64,000 nucleotides of DNA from an uncultured Planctomycetaceae bacterium (GCA_963815195.1 CAWFGE010000023.1:320001-384000); one strand, 5' to 3'; positions 1-11,155 are shown, counted from the stretch's first letter. Program-made: numbers and translations. Notes: generated by a model not told the origin, from the letters alone.

Positions 1-604
1 GGCCCTCGACCCAGGCCGCGACCATTTCGGGCGTCATCAGTTCGGTGAGTTTCTCCACGTGGGCCGTTTGCTGATCCGGTTTGAGGAAATCCACTCCGGG
101 CAGTTTGAGATACTCGCAGACTTCGCCCAGCCAGGTTGCGGCCGCGCGGGGTTGGTTCGTTCCAATCCACTCTGCGCCGGGATCCGCCGCCAACTTGGCC
201 AGTTCAAAGGTGTCCCGCAGAAACCCCTCGCGGTCTTTTTGCAGGATGTCCAGATGAATGACCGCCTGCCACGCCGGGAGATAGTGCACCGCATCGCCCT
301 TGGCCGCGGCTTGAAACTGCTTGCCGGCCTCTTCGTATTCAAATTCCTTCAGAAGCACGAGGCCCATCGCGTAATCCGGGCGGGGATCCCGGGGGTGCCG
401 GCGTTTCGCGGATTGGTGTTGTCTGCGGGCTTTGCTTAAGTCTTCGTGCGAATCGAAGAGTTGTTTGACGTTGTCCGCGAACGTTTGCTGTTCCTCCGCC
501 GACGGGAACAACCGCGGATCGTGGGAAGCGTTTTTTTCTTGCGCTGCGAGGGCCGTTGTCAAGACGAACAGTACAAGCCCGCAGGTCCAAGTGGGTCTGA
601 ACAT
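1..604 (-). CDS. Secreted hypothetical protein with TPR-like helix pair (partial, runs off window start)
   Basis: Not in the ORF track because it has no stop in the window. ATG at 604 follows GGAGGAGG. It translates MFRPTWTCGLVLFVLTTALAAQEK... (signal-peptide-like) ...DPRPDYAMGLVLLKEFEYEEAGKQFQAA and stays open to the window edge. Confidence 0.75.
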   Translation of the reverse strand, partial: MFRPTWTCGLVLFVLTTALAAQEKNASHDPRLFPSAEEQQTFADNVKQLFDSHEDLSKARRQHQSAKRRHPRDPRPDYAMGLVLLKEFEYEEAGKQFQAAAKGDAVHYLPAWQAVIHLDILQKDREGFLRDTFELAKLAADPGAEWIGTNQPRAAATWLGEVCEYLKLPGVDFLKPDQQTAHVEKLTELMTPEMVAAWVEG

Positions 605-863
605 CGCCTCCTCCGACCATGTGAGAGAGTGCGTGAAGTCAAAACCGATGCGGAGGCTTCCCCGGCATTCGCCCGCCTTGCGAGATGTTGGGAAATGGAA
701 AACGCAGCCGTTGGTTCAACCGACCGGCTCCACTTAAACCGTAACAAATCTCGCGGACCGTGCCAATCAAAATCGCCGAAAAACGAGTGGAAAGCAACAA
801 TCCCCACGGATTCGCCTATTGCGGATCAAGGGGCACGAACCGAAGCGCACCGAGGTGGAGCCG

Positions 864-1064
864 TTATGTCCCGGGTGCGTTGGATTCCGGATCGTCTTGC
901 TTTCGTCGTCTCTTTTTCCGGCGGTCTCGCGTTTTTCGGCGTCCGTTCTCCGAATCGACGTCATCGCCTTCGGCTTGACGGCGCTTGGACGTGCGGCGGT
1001 CGCGGCTCTCCCGTTTTTCGAGGAGGTGCATCAGTTCGTCCGGCAAGGGAAGTTCGTTCGGCAT
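864..1064 (-). CDS. 66-aa Arg/Lys-rich small protein, last gene of the secretin operon
   Basis: ATG lies 14 nt after the secretin stop with GAGAGGA upstream; sequence MPNELPLPDELMHLLEKRESRDRRTSKRR...RDRRKKRRRK. Confidence 0.65.
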   Translation of the reverse strand: MPNELPLPDELMHLLEKRESRDRRTSKRRQAEGDDVDSENGRRKTRDRRKKRRRKQDDPESNAPGT

Positions 1065-1077
1065 GGATCGGTTCCTC

Positions 1078-3044
1078 TCAATTCAGCGGGGTCAATGCGG
1101 GCGCCGGTTCCGGAGGGGGAGCATACGCCGGCGGATTGGGCGAGGAGAACTTCCTTTGCTCCAAGGGCTGAAACAACGCTCCCTCGGAGTACGGCGTATA
1201 GATGGGACAATCGTAGGCACGCGGAATCGGATCGAGTTCCGAACGCGCGGGCAGATAGTAACGCGGTTCCTTCAGCCGGCCTTGGCGGAAACTGGGTCCC
1301 GCGTCCCGCGCTCGATCGCATGAGAACAAGCGCGGATTGAGATACGAATCGGGAAGCTCCGGCTCCAAGTGCGAGCGGTCGGCGGGATAGATCCCGTTCT
1401 CTAGCAGCGGGGTGTGCGCCTTTTCGAGTTCAAAATTTTCGTAGGCTTTGTATTCGCACGAGTAGGGCACGATCCGCGGCAACAAGACCACGATGATCTC
1501 GCTGCGGATGCGGCTCGTGTTGATTCGCCGAAACAAGTGGCCGATGCCCCAAATGTCTCCCAGCACCGGAACTTTGCTTTGCGTGTTGCGGTTGGTTTCC
1601 TGTATCAACCCCCCGATGACCATGCCTTTTCCGTCCTGCAACAAAACCGTCGTCGTGAGTTCGGTCGTTTCTTCTTCCGGCAAGCCGCTCGTGGCGTTGA
1701 TCCGGCCGGTGGAAACCTCCGGCATGACGGTCATGAGAATCTGCCCGTCGCGGGAGATCGTGGGCGTCACCTTGAGCACCACCCCGACCTCCAAAAACTT
1801 CACGCTTTGTAGCGCGCTGGTCTGGGTGGACGTGGTCACGAAATATCCGAGCTGCGAGCCGATCTGGATCCGGGCCTCTTGCCCGTTGACGGCCAGAACT
1901 TTGGGGGACGCCAGCGTCTTGGCGTCGGTCGTTTTCTCGAGCGCCTCGATAATCGCCCCCACGTCATTTCCGTCGAGCCCGACCAAAAGCGCGGGGGAGG
2001 CCGAGGCGTTCGCGAAGCCGACGGTCCGCACGTTGATGTTGGTGTTGGCAATCTTTAGCAGGTTGTCGAAGTTGATGCCGTGTTGGAGTTCGTCGGAGAG
2101 CGTGATCTGGAGAACCTTGGCTTCAATCAGAACCTGGCGGGGCGGGTGGTCCACCTGGGTGATGTAGGCGATGATCCGGTCGAGGACCTCCGGCACATCC
2201 TCGACAGCAATGGTTTCGCGGGTTCGCCGGCGGTCCATGGGGCTGGATTCGATAATGAACGCCCGCCCGGCCGGAGACAACAGGCCTTGCACGGTCTTTT
2301 CAATATCCGCCGCCGCCACGTAGTCCAACTGAAACACCTGCAGGCGCCGGCCCTGCACTTCGGCGCGAGGGGCGTCGCCGAGACGATCGGCGACACATAG
2401 ATGATGTCTTTCTGCCGAGTCCAGCGATAGCCGTTGACCCGCAAGATCGCATCGAGGGCTTGTTCCAAAGGCACATTGGACAACGTGACCGAAACGCTGC
2501 GGTCTCCGCCGTCGGCGGTGACGATGTTCAAGCCGTGCTGTTGGGCAATCAGCGACAACACCGAGCTCAATCGCGCGCGGTGCACGGTCAGGGAAATCCG
2601 ATCGCCCGAGCTTTCGAGCTGCAACTTGGAAGGCGGCTGCGCTCCCGCGAAGGGGATTTGCATCATCGGCTGAGGGGCGGGCGGAAAGACGGGAGCACTC
2701 GGAACCGTTCCCGCTTGAGGCGGCGGCGTGTTCTGCGCAATCCGCGCCGCGGGTTGCGAATCGAATGGCTGCCCCTGGAAACCGGAGAATGCCGTTGGCG
2801 TTTGACGGTTCGGAAAGTCCGACAGCTGGTAAAGAATTCCGTCATCCACCGGCGGGGAAGTCGCAGGGGAAGAGACCGGCGAATCCGAGAAACTCAGCGC
2901 ACGGCGGGGCGGCGCAACTTCCGCGGCGTTGTTCGCGGGTCCGCGGTCAGGATCAAAAGGCGATCCTTCACCGCCCCGAACAAACGTGCCAAAGGCCGCG
3001 ACAAGGAACGGGCAAGCTAAAAGAAGATGGGGACACCATCGCAT
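1078..3044 (-). CDS. gspD: Secretin (GspD/PilQ family) with signal peptide, Pro-rich linker and STN domain; frameshift at ~2361
   Basis: The N-part (ORF 2127..3101) has an STN-like VSVTLSNVPLEQALDAIL. The C-part (1078..2358) has QVLIEAKVL, LASPKVLAVNGQEARIQIG, VGVVLKVTPTI and KVPVLGDIWGIGHLFR secretin motifs. Confidence 0.9.
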
Positions 3045-3174
3045 GAATTCGACCTGCGTTTCCCGCTTGAATCGCACGTCCCTGAGATTTGTTCGCGACA
3101 AGGTGCTGTGGGTGGAAATATGGAATCACAACTATTTATCGGGCCGATCTCCTCCGGGAATACCGCGCCAATCC

Positions 3175-3774
3175 CTAAAATCCGAATTTTTTACCCAGAA
3201 TCTTTAACCGCTCCAAGAGAGGCTTGAGGAAATAGGAAGACAGCGGGGAGTTCGTGGGTTCGGGCGGCGGGACGTCCGCGATTTGGGATACCCAGATTCC
3301 CTCCTGGCGAATGTCCACGACCCGCAGGTTCTCATCCAGCAAATCGCCGACGCCGACGGTTTTGTTCCCAACGACCGCGACCGGTCCGTTCGGTCCCTGG
3401 TAAATAATCGAGGCCGACTGCGTCTCCCAATGCCTGCGGCTTTCCGCGTTTGATTTCGCCCGGTTTTGCTCTCGGGCGGCTTCGGCGGAAATGGGGGGTT
3501 CGGTTGGTTTCTCGGGTTCCGTCTTGGGCGGGGACGGAAACGGATTGAAGGCCGCAATCTGGTCCAGCGGGAGTTCCGTCCAGAATTTGGCCCGGGGCGC
3601 GGCGGACGAGGTTTTTGTTTCCCCAGGAGCCGGTTTGTTCAAGGCCGGGGGCGGGAGGAGGTTGGAATCCTCGTCGTGCCGGCACAGCATCCAGACCAAT
3701 CCCAGGACCAACACCGGGATCAGCGCGGCTTTTCGTTTTTGTGCCGGATCCTTGAAAGTCGCAGCGAGTTTCAT
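3175..3774 (-). CDS. Single-TM hypothetical protein at the PilP/GspC position
   Basis: ATG at 3774 overlaps the PilO-like stop. It has a TM segment (ALIPVLVLGLVWML), an FNPF motif, and a C-terminal AVVGNKTVGVGD..VVDI segment resembling PilP/GspC-type beta domains. Confidence 0.65.
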   Translation of the reverse strand: MKLAATFKDPAQKRKAALIPVLVLGLVWMLCRHDEDSNLLPPPALNKPAPGETKTSSAAPRAKFWTELPLDQIAAFNPFPSPPKTEPEKPTEPPISAEAAREQNRAKSNAESRRHWETQSASIIYQGPNGPVAVVGNKTVGVGDLLDENLRVVDIRQEGIWVSQIADVPPPEPTNSPLSSYFLKPLLERLKILGKKFGF

Positions 3775-4355
3775 GTGCGGTCCTCCGTTTTCCCCTGACG
3801 AGCCGCGAAGTAGATCTGGGCTTCGATCTTGACGGAAAGCAATTCGCTCCCCGCCGACTTCGGCGCGACGTGCATCCGCGTGATGTGATTCAGCCGAGGC
3901 AGCTTCGCCAGCCCGTCCAAAAACCGGCACAAGGGTCCATACTCCCCGGAGGCGTCGAATTCCGTTTTCACCATGAAATAGTCTTTGAGGACCAGCGGAG
4001 AGCCGGGGCGAAATCCGTGGATCTGAACTCCGTGGCGGTTCGACAATTCCGCCACCTGGCCGAAGAATTCCGACTCGTGGGGATGCATCGGCACGCGTTC
4101 TTCCAACCCTTCCAAGAGTTGCCGCTTGTCGGCGAGTTGCCGGCTGAGCGAGGCGTGCTCGGAGGTGATTTCCGCGGCCCGGTTGAGGAGATGTTTGTCC
4201 TCGGTCATCGCGTGCTCAAGCAACGATGCGGATTCTCGTAGCGGCCGATAGCCGAACCAGCCCAAGGCGGCGACCGCCGACAGCAAGAGCCCTCCGCAGA
4301 CGAGATCGATCGAAAGCGGTTTCATATTGGCTCGCGCGAGAAGTTGGGTCAGCAT
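3771..4355 (-). CDS. pilO: PilO-like alignment protein
   Basis: TM plus coiled coil plus VP..PHESEFF, then GEYGPLCRFLDGLAKLPRL; follows pilN. Confidence 0.8.
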   Translation of the reverse strand: MLTQLLARANMKPLSIDLVCGGLLLSAVAALGWFGYRPLRESASLLEHAMTEDKHLLNRAAEITSEHASLSRQLADKRQLLEGLEERVPMHPHESEFFGQVAELSNRHGVQIHGFRPGSPLVLKDYFMVKTEFDASGEYGPLCRFLDGLAKLPRLNHITRMHVAPKSAGSELLSVKIEAQIYFAARQGKTEDRT

Positions 4356-4367
4356 GGCCGATGTTCC

Positions 4368-4976
4368 TCAATACACGCACTGGACTTCATAATGCCGATC
4401 CACGGCGACGGTTTCGTGTCCGCCGGTGGTGGAGTTCAACTTCACCGAGCGGAACATGTTCGACTGCCGCAGCCTGGTGACGAAATGAGTGACCGCAAGG
4501 TCGTCCTGGGCGATGCCGGTCACGGTGACGACGAGCACGGTCTCTTGTTTTGGCTTCGTTGAACGTTGTGCGGATGCGGGCGATACCGGGAGGTCTCGCA
4601 GAATCTCCTCCGCCCGCAGGCTGTTGACTTGAATCCGCCGGCCCGGATCACGGGCGCTTTGGCTGACGACGCCCAGAATCTGCACCGCCGGGAGTTCGGC
4701 CTCGAGCATCGAGACGAGGTCGTGCTTGGTGCGGAGGTCGTTGAGAATCCGCCGGGCTTCCCTCGACTCGGCGAGCTTCGTTCGCAAGGAGCGGACCCGC
4801 TGGGAGACCAAAAGGCGCTCTTTTGTCAGCCGCGACACGTGCTGCTGTTGCTTAACCAGACTGGCTCCCGTCACGATTCCGATCACGCAAGCAATTCCCA
4901 GCCAGCGCTTCAAACGCTGGACCGAGGCGATGGCTTCTTGAAAGTCTTGCGGGAGCAGATTGATGCGGTCTTTCAT
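4368..4976 (-). CDS. pilN: PilN-like protein
   Basis: Starts MKDRINLLP (the INLLP PilN motif) with ATGA overlap on the pilM stop; TM, coiled coil, VTGIA...FVTRLRQSNMFRSVKL. Confidence 0.85.
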   Translation of the reverse strand: MKDRINLLPQDFQEAIASVQRLKRWLGIACVIGIVTGASLVKQQQHVSRLTKERLLVSQRVRSLRTKLAESREARRILNDLRTKHDLVSMLEAELPAVQILGVVSQSARDPGRRIQVNSLRAEEILRDLPVSPASAQRSTKPKQETVLVVTVTGIAQDDLAVTHFVTRLRQSNMFRSVKLNSTTGGHETVAVDRHYEVQCVY

Positions 4977-6049
4977 AGAGTGCCTCCCCAACCGGCGGCG
5001 AACGCGGCGGCGAAGACGGCGTCCCTTGGGGATCCCGAGGACGTTCGCCCGGGAAACCGCCAGGTGCGGGTGGGAATCCCCGTGAGTTCGGTCAGCCGGG
5101 CATTGATGTGCTTGAGGCAAGCCCCGCCCCCCATCAAGACGAGCCGTTCGGGTTCGATGCCGGCGTCGGTCTTTAGAAACCGGAGCGTGCGGGCGATTTC
5201 CTCCGCGAGCGGTCGGACGCTTCCCGCCGCGGCGCTCGACACAACCCGCGCAGCGCGGCTGGCGGGGCGGGCATCGCGAGCCGGCATGCCGACGGCTTCC
5301 AGCAATCGCACGCTGTCCTCGGGCGGCAGTCCGAGTTGTTGTTCGATTTGTTCCACGCTCCGCCAGAAGCCGCATTCGCGGAACCGCCGGGTGAACGCGG
5401 GCCGGCCGTTTTGACAGAGCACAAACACAGCTCCCGAAGCCCCCCAATCCAATGCCGCCACGAGACCGGACCCTGGCTCCGGAAGCGACACCGCGCGGGC
5501 CGTCGCGAACGGCAGGCCGTCGATCGAATCGCAGAGCATCCCCATCGGCAACAAATCCTGCGCGAGCGCGGCCGCGGTGCGATTCGGGACCGACAACACG
5601 TTGACAATCGTCGCCCCGTTCTCCCGGGAAGACAGCACGGTCTCGGGCCACAGGTCGAAGACCTGTTCCTCTTCGAGCCAATCGGGGGACTCCGCGAGGT
5701 CGGCTTCGGCCATTTGTCGTTGTTCCGCCTCGGTTCCCGGCGGAAGCTCCAACGTTTGCAAAGCCGACAGGCCCATCGAAAACACGCACCCCGCGGACAA
5801 TCGTGCGGACCAGACGCCGGGCGGCAGTTCCGCCTTGAACGCCTGCCGCAACAAGCCTTGGGCAATGCCGGGGTTCGTGGCGGGTTTTTCGCCGGGATAG
5901 GAAAGCACCAAGGGATGGCCGATGCTCCCGCCGCGGCCCATTCTCTCGACGGGAACGAGCTTCAACGCGCGCGTGCCAAAATCCACGCCGATTCGCCGAA
6001 CGCGAATCGCGGATTTGTTGAACGGCGTTTGTTTCAGCCAGGAGATCAT
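4973..6049 (-). CDS. pilM: PilM-like actin-fold assembly protein
   Basis: IGVDFGTRALKLV, ALDWGAS and LVLMGGGA motifs; precedes pilN. Confidence 0.8.
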   Translation of the reverse strand: MISWLKQTPFNKSAIRVRRIGVDFGTRALKLVPVERMGRGGSIGHPLVLSYPGEKPATNPGIAQGLLRQAFKAELPPGVWSARLSAGCVFSMGLSALQTLELPPGTEAEQRQMAEADLAESPDWLEEEQVFDLWPETVLSSRENGATIVNVLSVPNRTAAALAQDLLPMGMLCDSIDGLPFATARAVSLPEPGSGLVAALDWGASGAVFVLCQNGRPAFTRRFRECGFWRSVEQIEQQLGLPPEDSVRLLEAVGMPARDARPASRAARVVSSAAAGSVRPLAEEIARTLRFLKTDAGIEPERLVLMGGGACLKHINARLTELTGIPTRTWRFPGRTSSGSPRDAVFAAAFAAGWGGTL

Positions 6050-6082
6050 ATCGTCAATTCACATTTCCAGAGGTGCTTTTAG

Positions 6083-6152
6083 GAGCCGCGCACGAAGTAA
6101 GCGGTTTTCAGGGATTCAGACAACGCAAGACCGCTTACTTCGTGCGCGGCTC
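6083..6152. repeat. Perfect 23-bp inverted repeat (REP-like doublet)
   Basis: GAGCCGCGCACGAAGTAAGCGGT at 6083-6105 and its exact reverse complement at 6130-6152. Confidence 0.85.
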
Positions 6153-6159
6153 AGGGCTT

Positions 6160-6250
6160 TTTGGATCATTTGCATTTGGAATTTGTTTCGGATTTCGGAT
6201 TTCGTGCTTCGAATTTGCACCAAAAACGCGCGAAACTGCGCATGCTGATT
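6160..6250. repeat. ATTTCG(G/A) heptamer-repeat element (copy 1)
   Basis: tttgtttcggatttcggatttcgtgcttcgaattt...cgcgaaactgcgcatgctgatt, similar to 14600-14700 and 28108-28151. Confidence 0.75.
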
Positions 6251-7462
6251 CACGAGGAGGCCGTGGACACGTCGAGCAGCGGCAACATCACCGAGAGCAC
6301 CACGACCGCGACGACGGCGCCCATCATCACGATGATCAGCGGTTCCAATAGTTTGACGGCTTGCCGAAGTTGCCGCTCGCCGTCTTCTTCATAAAACTCG
6401 CCGACCGAAGCCATCACCGCTCCGAGCCGGCCGGTCTTCTCGGCGGTGCGGACCATCTGCGCGGCACTCGGCGGGATGATCGGCGACATCGCCAACCCCG
6501 CCCCGATGCCCTCGCCGTTGATGACGTCCTGCTCCAATTTCAAAAACAGCCGCTGGAACAAAATGTTGTTGACCGATTTGTGGCAGAGGCGGATCCCTTC
6601 CAGCAAAGGCACGCCGGTTTCGAGCATCGTTCCCAACAGCCGAAACACCCGGCCCGTGAAGAGTGCCTGCGTCGCCCGTTTCACCAGCGGGGCGGACGTG
6701 AGAAACTTCGAAAATTGCACGCGGGCCGCCTCGGTTTTGATAAGACGCACGACGGTGACGATCCCCAAAACCCCTGCAACCGCCAGCCAGAGAACATGAC
6801 CGCGAACCCACAGCGAGATTTCCAGGAGGAATTGCGTCATCGGCGGCGGAGCCGAGCCGAGGTCGTGAAACACTTTCGAGAACTGCGGCAGCACAAACAG
6901 AAACAGAGCCGAGACGACGACGCTCGCCACCACGAGCAGCACCATCGGATAGGCCAGGATCGACCAGAGCGCGCTCCGCAGGCGGATTTCGTTTCGCAGC
7001 AATTCCGCGAGCCGGGTGAGGACTTCTGTGAGCGAGCCGGACGCTTCGCCCGCCGCAATGGCCGCGACATAGGCCGGGCCAAACACGCCGGCGTGCCGAC
7101 CGAGCGCCCGCGACACCGATTGCCCGCCGGACACGCTGTTCCACACCTCTTCGAGCATCGCCTTAAACGCGGGATGCCGGCACTGCTCCGCGATGTTCTT
7201 GAGGGCATCGGCGAGGTCGACGCCCGATTGGGTCATAATGGCCAATTGCGAGGTGATCATCATCAATTCCGCCTTGGGGACTTTCGCGGAACCGCCGAGC
7301 TTCGCCGAACGCCCCGCCCGCTTGCCGGGGATGGCTTCTTCGCATTGAAGCGGATACACCCCCTGCGCGCAACAGGCGTTTGGCGTCCGCGGGCGAAGCG
7401 GCGTCAATGACGCCATCGACGCTGGCCCCGGAACTCGACTTGGCGGTGTAAGTGAACTGCAT
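6250..7462 (-). CDS. gspF: GspF/PilC platform protein; frameshift at ~7366
   Basis: MQFTYTAKSSSG start; QLAIMTQSGVDLADAL, AGEASGSL, AYPMVL, AEKTGRL and LLEPLII motifs. Confidence 0.92.
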
Positions 7463-7507
7463 GACATCCTCGGTCACCGGACGATCCGGCTGATAATCTC
7501 AGATTCC

Positions 7508-7606
7508 ATTAGCCGCAGGGCGCTCGCCCCGGTTCGGTTCATTCATTCGCCGCAGGGCGCTCGCCCCGGTTCATGGGGCAACCGGGGCGAGCGCCCTGCG
7601 GCTAAT
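7508..7606. repeat. Three 27-nt REP-like units (two direct, one inverted)
   Basis: ATTAGCCGCAGGGCGCTCGCCCCGGTT at 7508-7534, a near copy at 7545-7571, and the reverse complement at 7580-7606, followed by a T run. Confidence 0.9.
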
Positions 7607-7639
7607 AGTTTTTTTTCGGACAGTCCCCATCAAAAAACG

Positions 7640-9378
7640 CTAATCAAAAAACACAACCCGCGCGACTTCTTCGAGGCTGGTTTCGCCCGCTTCCGCCAGG
7701 CGGATGCCTTCCTCGAGGAGCGTCGTGCCCCCTTGCCGTTGGTGGCAGATCCGCAACTCGTCCAGCGAGGATTCGCGGTTGATGATTCCCCGGATCTCGG
7801 GCGTCGCCTGGAGCATCTCGTACACTCCGGTCCGGCCTTTGAAACCCGTGTCATAACATTTCGGGCAGCCTTCCCCCTTGAGGAACTGCCGGCGTTTGTC
7901 TCCGGCATAGCGGATTGTCTCCAGGAATTCCGATGTCGGGAAATAGTGCGTGCAGCACGCCGGACACACGTTGCGGACCAACCGCTGGGCCACGACCCCG
8001 ACGAGCGCGGCGGCGATCTTGAACGACGCGACCCCCATGTCAATCAGCCGCGTGACGGCCGAGGCGCTGTCGTTCGTGTGCAGCGTGCTTAGCACGAGGT
8101 GCCCGGTGAGCGCCGCTTGAATCGCCACCTCCGCCGTTTCCCGGTCGCGGATTTCCCCGACCATAATCACGTCCGGATCCTGCCGGAGAATCGACCGCAG
8201 CGCGCCGGCGAAGGTCATCGCCTTGGAGATCCCCGCTTGCACCTGGTTCACCAGGTCCAACTGGTACTCGACGGGATCTTCGACCGTGACGATATTGGAG
8301 TGCACGGACTTGACCAGCTCGATCGCCGAGTACAAGGTCGTCGTCTTGCCGCTGCCCGTGGGACCGGTCACCAAGAGCAGCCCGTGCGGTTTGGCGAGCA
8401 TGTTCTTCATGATCTGAAGCTGAGACGCGGGCATCCCAAGTTCGTTCAGGTTGAACGTGACGTTCCGCCGATCGAGCACGCGCATCACCACCTTCTCGCC
8501 CTGCACGGTGGGGAGCGTGGAGATCCGCAGGTCGATCTCGCGGCCTTCGACCACCACATGAATCCGCCCGTCCTGGGCGCGCGGTGCTCCGCGATGTCCA
8601 GCTTCGCCATCACTTTCACGCGGGAGATCAACGCGGGATGATAGTCCTTGCGCGGCCGGAGCACTTCCCGCAATTGGCCGTCCACGCGAAACCGCACCGT
8701 GGAATGCCGGGTCCCGGGTTCGATGTGAATGTCGCTGGCTCCCTGGCGCACGGCATGGACGATCATGTAATTGACGAGGTTGACGATCGGGCTGCCGTCG
8801 GCCATCGACTCCACCGCGTCGAGCTCCACATGGATCGCGTCGGTGTGAATCTCGACGGATTCGCGGTCCATGTCGGCGGTGACGGCATCGATGGCGAAGT
8901 CGTCGTCATAGGCCCGGCGGAGCAACTCCTGAATGGACGAACGCATCGCCAACACGGGGCGGATGCGGCAACCGGTGATCCGCTCCAGTTCGTCGAGCCG
9001 CCTCAGATCCTGGGGCTCCGTCATCGCCACGGTCAAGGTGCCGCGGACCCGCAGCAAGGCCAAGGCTTCGAGGGTTTCCGCCTTGCGGCGCGGAATCAAG
9101 CGGACCACGGCCGGATCGACCAGCCCGTCCCGCAGGCGGACTTGCTCGATGTCCAACTGCTGGCCGAGGAAAGGCAGCAAATCGTTGGAGTCGATGAAGC
9201 CCATCTCCACCAGGGCTTCGCCTAAGCGGAGGTTCTTTGTGGACTGCTGCCCGAGCGCCGAATGCAGCTCTTCGGGCGTGATCATCCCCGCCGAGATCAA
9301 CCGCTCGCCAAGGGGAACGGTTTGGACGGACGGCCGATCGGCCGGTGCCAAAACATCTGGGGCGAGTGTCGAAGTCAT
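7640..9378 (-). CDS. gspE: GspE/PilB assembly ATPase with N-terminal MshEN-like domain; frameshift at ~8576
   Basis: ASDIHIEP, Walker A GPTGSGKTTT, VEDPVEY, RQDPDVIMVGEIRD, TGHLVLSTLHTN, and Cys pairs CPAC / CPKC. Confidence 0.95.
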
Positions 9379-9710
9379 CGCAAGAAACTCCCCACGGCGG
9401 ACGGCACATCGCGGAAGATTTCAAAGCTCGCATCGACCCCGGTGATCCGCAGCGCATCCCGGCACAGCTCGTTGACATCGGCCAAAAGAAAATTGCCGGC
9501 TTTTTCCGCGCACCGGTCCTGCCAGTCCAACAGCAGCTCGAGCCCGGCGCTGTCGATGAGCGCAATCCCCGCAAAATCCAGGACAATCTTCGGGACGGCT
9601 TCGCTTAGCCTCAGTTCCAAGAACTCTTTCGCGTCTTCGATCACGTCGGCGTTGAGCGGACCTTTGATGCCGATGACATCCACGGTTCCCTGGCGTTTGT
9701 GAGCAAACAT
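9375..9710 (-). CDS. STAS domain protein (anti-sigma factor antagonist-like)
   Basis: IVLDFAGIALIDSAGLELL with the conserved phospho-Ser (DS); overlaps the ATPase start. Confidence 0.9.
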   Translation of the reverse strand: MFAHKRQGTVDVIGIKGPLNADVIEDAKEFLELRLSEAVPKIVLDFAGIALIDSAGLELLLDWQDRCAEKAGNFLLADVNELCRDALRITGVDASFEIFRDVPSAVGSFLR

Positions 9711-9720
9711 GGCGTCCTCC

Positions 9721-11155
9721 CTAAGATTCCGCGATCGGCAGCGTGGCGGTGAACCGCGAGCCTTTGCCGAGTTCGCTCGAGACGGTGATGTTTCCGCCGT
9801 GCATGCGGATCACCTCGCGCGTGAAGGCCAAGCCCAGGCCCGTCCCCGACTCCTTGCGGACGCGGGCGTCGTCGCTGCGAAAGAACTTGTCGAAGACCAA
9901 AGGCAGCTCCTCGGGGGCGATGCCGTAGCCGCTGTCTTCCACATCGAGGATCAGCCGTTGGTCCTCGGCCTTCACGACAAACTCGACGCGGCCTTCTTCG
10001 GGCGTGTATTTCACCGCGTTGCCCAGAAGATTGACGACCGCCGCGATAATCTTGTCTTTATCCACGTGCAGCTTGGGCAGCTTGGCGGGGAACTTTGTGG
10101 TGAAAGTGATCCGCTTGCGGTCGATCTCGGGCTGGATGTGCTCGACGACTTCCCCCAGCAACCGTTCCACGTCGGTTTCGGTCTTCGCAATCGACATCGC
10201 GCCGGATTCGATCTGGCTCAGGTCCAACAGCTCATCGACAAACCGGGCGAGGCGGCCGGCTTCCGAATTGATCATGTTGCAGAACCGCTTTTGATCCTCG
10301 ATGTTGATCTGCTCTTCGAGGGCCAACGTCTCGGCAAGCGCTTTGAGGTTCGTCAGCGGCGTCCGCAGTTCATGGGTCGCGCTGAACACGAATTGGTTGC
10401 GCATCTCGTCCGCGAGCTTCTGCTGCGTGACATCGCGAAGCGTCCATACGAAAGCCCCGTCCGCGCCGTCGCGGGCGATCCGCGTGCTGCACGATCCGCA
10501 CAACGCCGTCGGCGATTTCCTCGCCTTGGCGGACTTCCGCAACCACCGACGGCAGCGGCTTGGAAAACCGCGCGCGGATCGTCTCTCCCTGGCTCGGAAA
10601 CGCCTTCATGAGCCGCTCGCGGACGCTCTGGTCGAGGCACTCCTCGCCGGTCCCGCCCGTCAGCATCGACCGGCCCGATTGATTGCAGAACGAAATGCGG
10701 CCGTCCTCGTCGGCGACGACGATCCCGTCGGAAAGATGGTCGAGAACCTCGCGGCACTCGCTGCCGCCGGCTCCCTGAGAATCGCTCAACCGCTTTTCGA
10801 TCTCGTCCCAACTCCGGGCGGAGCGGAGCGCCTCGCGGAGGCGGTTCCAACCGGCCGCGACGGGGTGCACACCGAGCAGCGGCTTGAGATCGAGCGGCTC
10901 ATCGTCCGAGAGTTGGGCCAGCCGGACCAATTGCTCGTCGATGGCGGCGTTGATCCGCATTTGCAACCGCACATAAAAGCTGCCGCCCAACAGAATCAAA
11001 AGCGGAAGCACCACCGCCAGGCCCGCGGCACTCGTAAACAGCCCGTGCCAGGCCAGCACGAGGCTCGCCACGAGAAATGTAAACAACTCGGCGAGGCCGA
11101 ACAGAAAATAGCTGTTCAGAAACCGGCGGGTGAGGGTTTGGGGGGGCTGGAGCAT
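9721..11155 (-). CDS. Membrane PAS sensor histidine kinase; frameshift at ~10489
   Basis: Two TM segments, PAS-like LDHLSDGIVVADEDGRISFCN, H-box HELRTPL, N-box NLLGNAVKY, DSGYG and GTGLGL. Confidence 0.9.

Noticed and set aside
7508..7606. Possible mini-CRISPR (repeated 27-mers)
   Set aside because: Gaps are only 8-10 nt, the third copy is inverted, and there are no cas genes.
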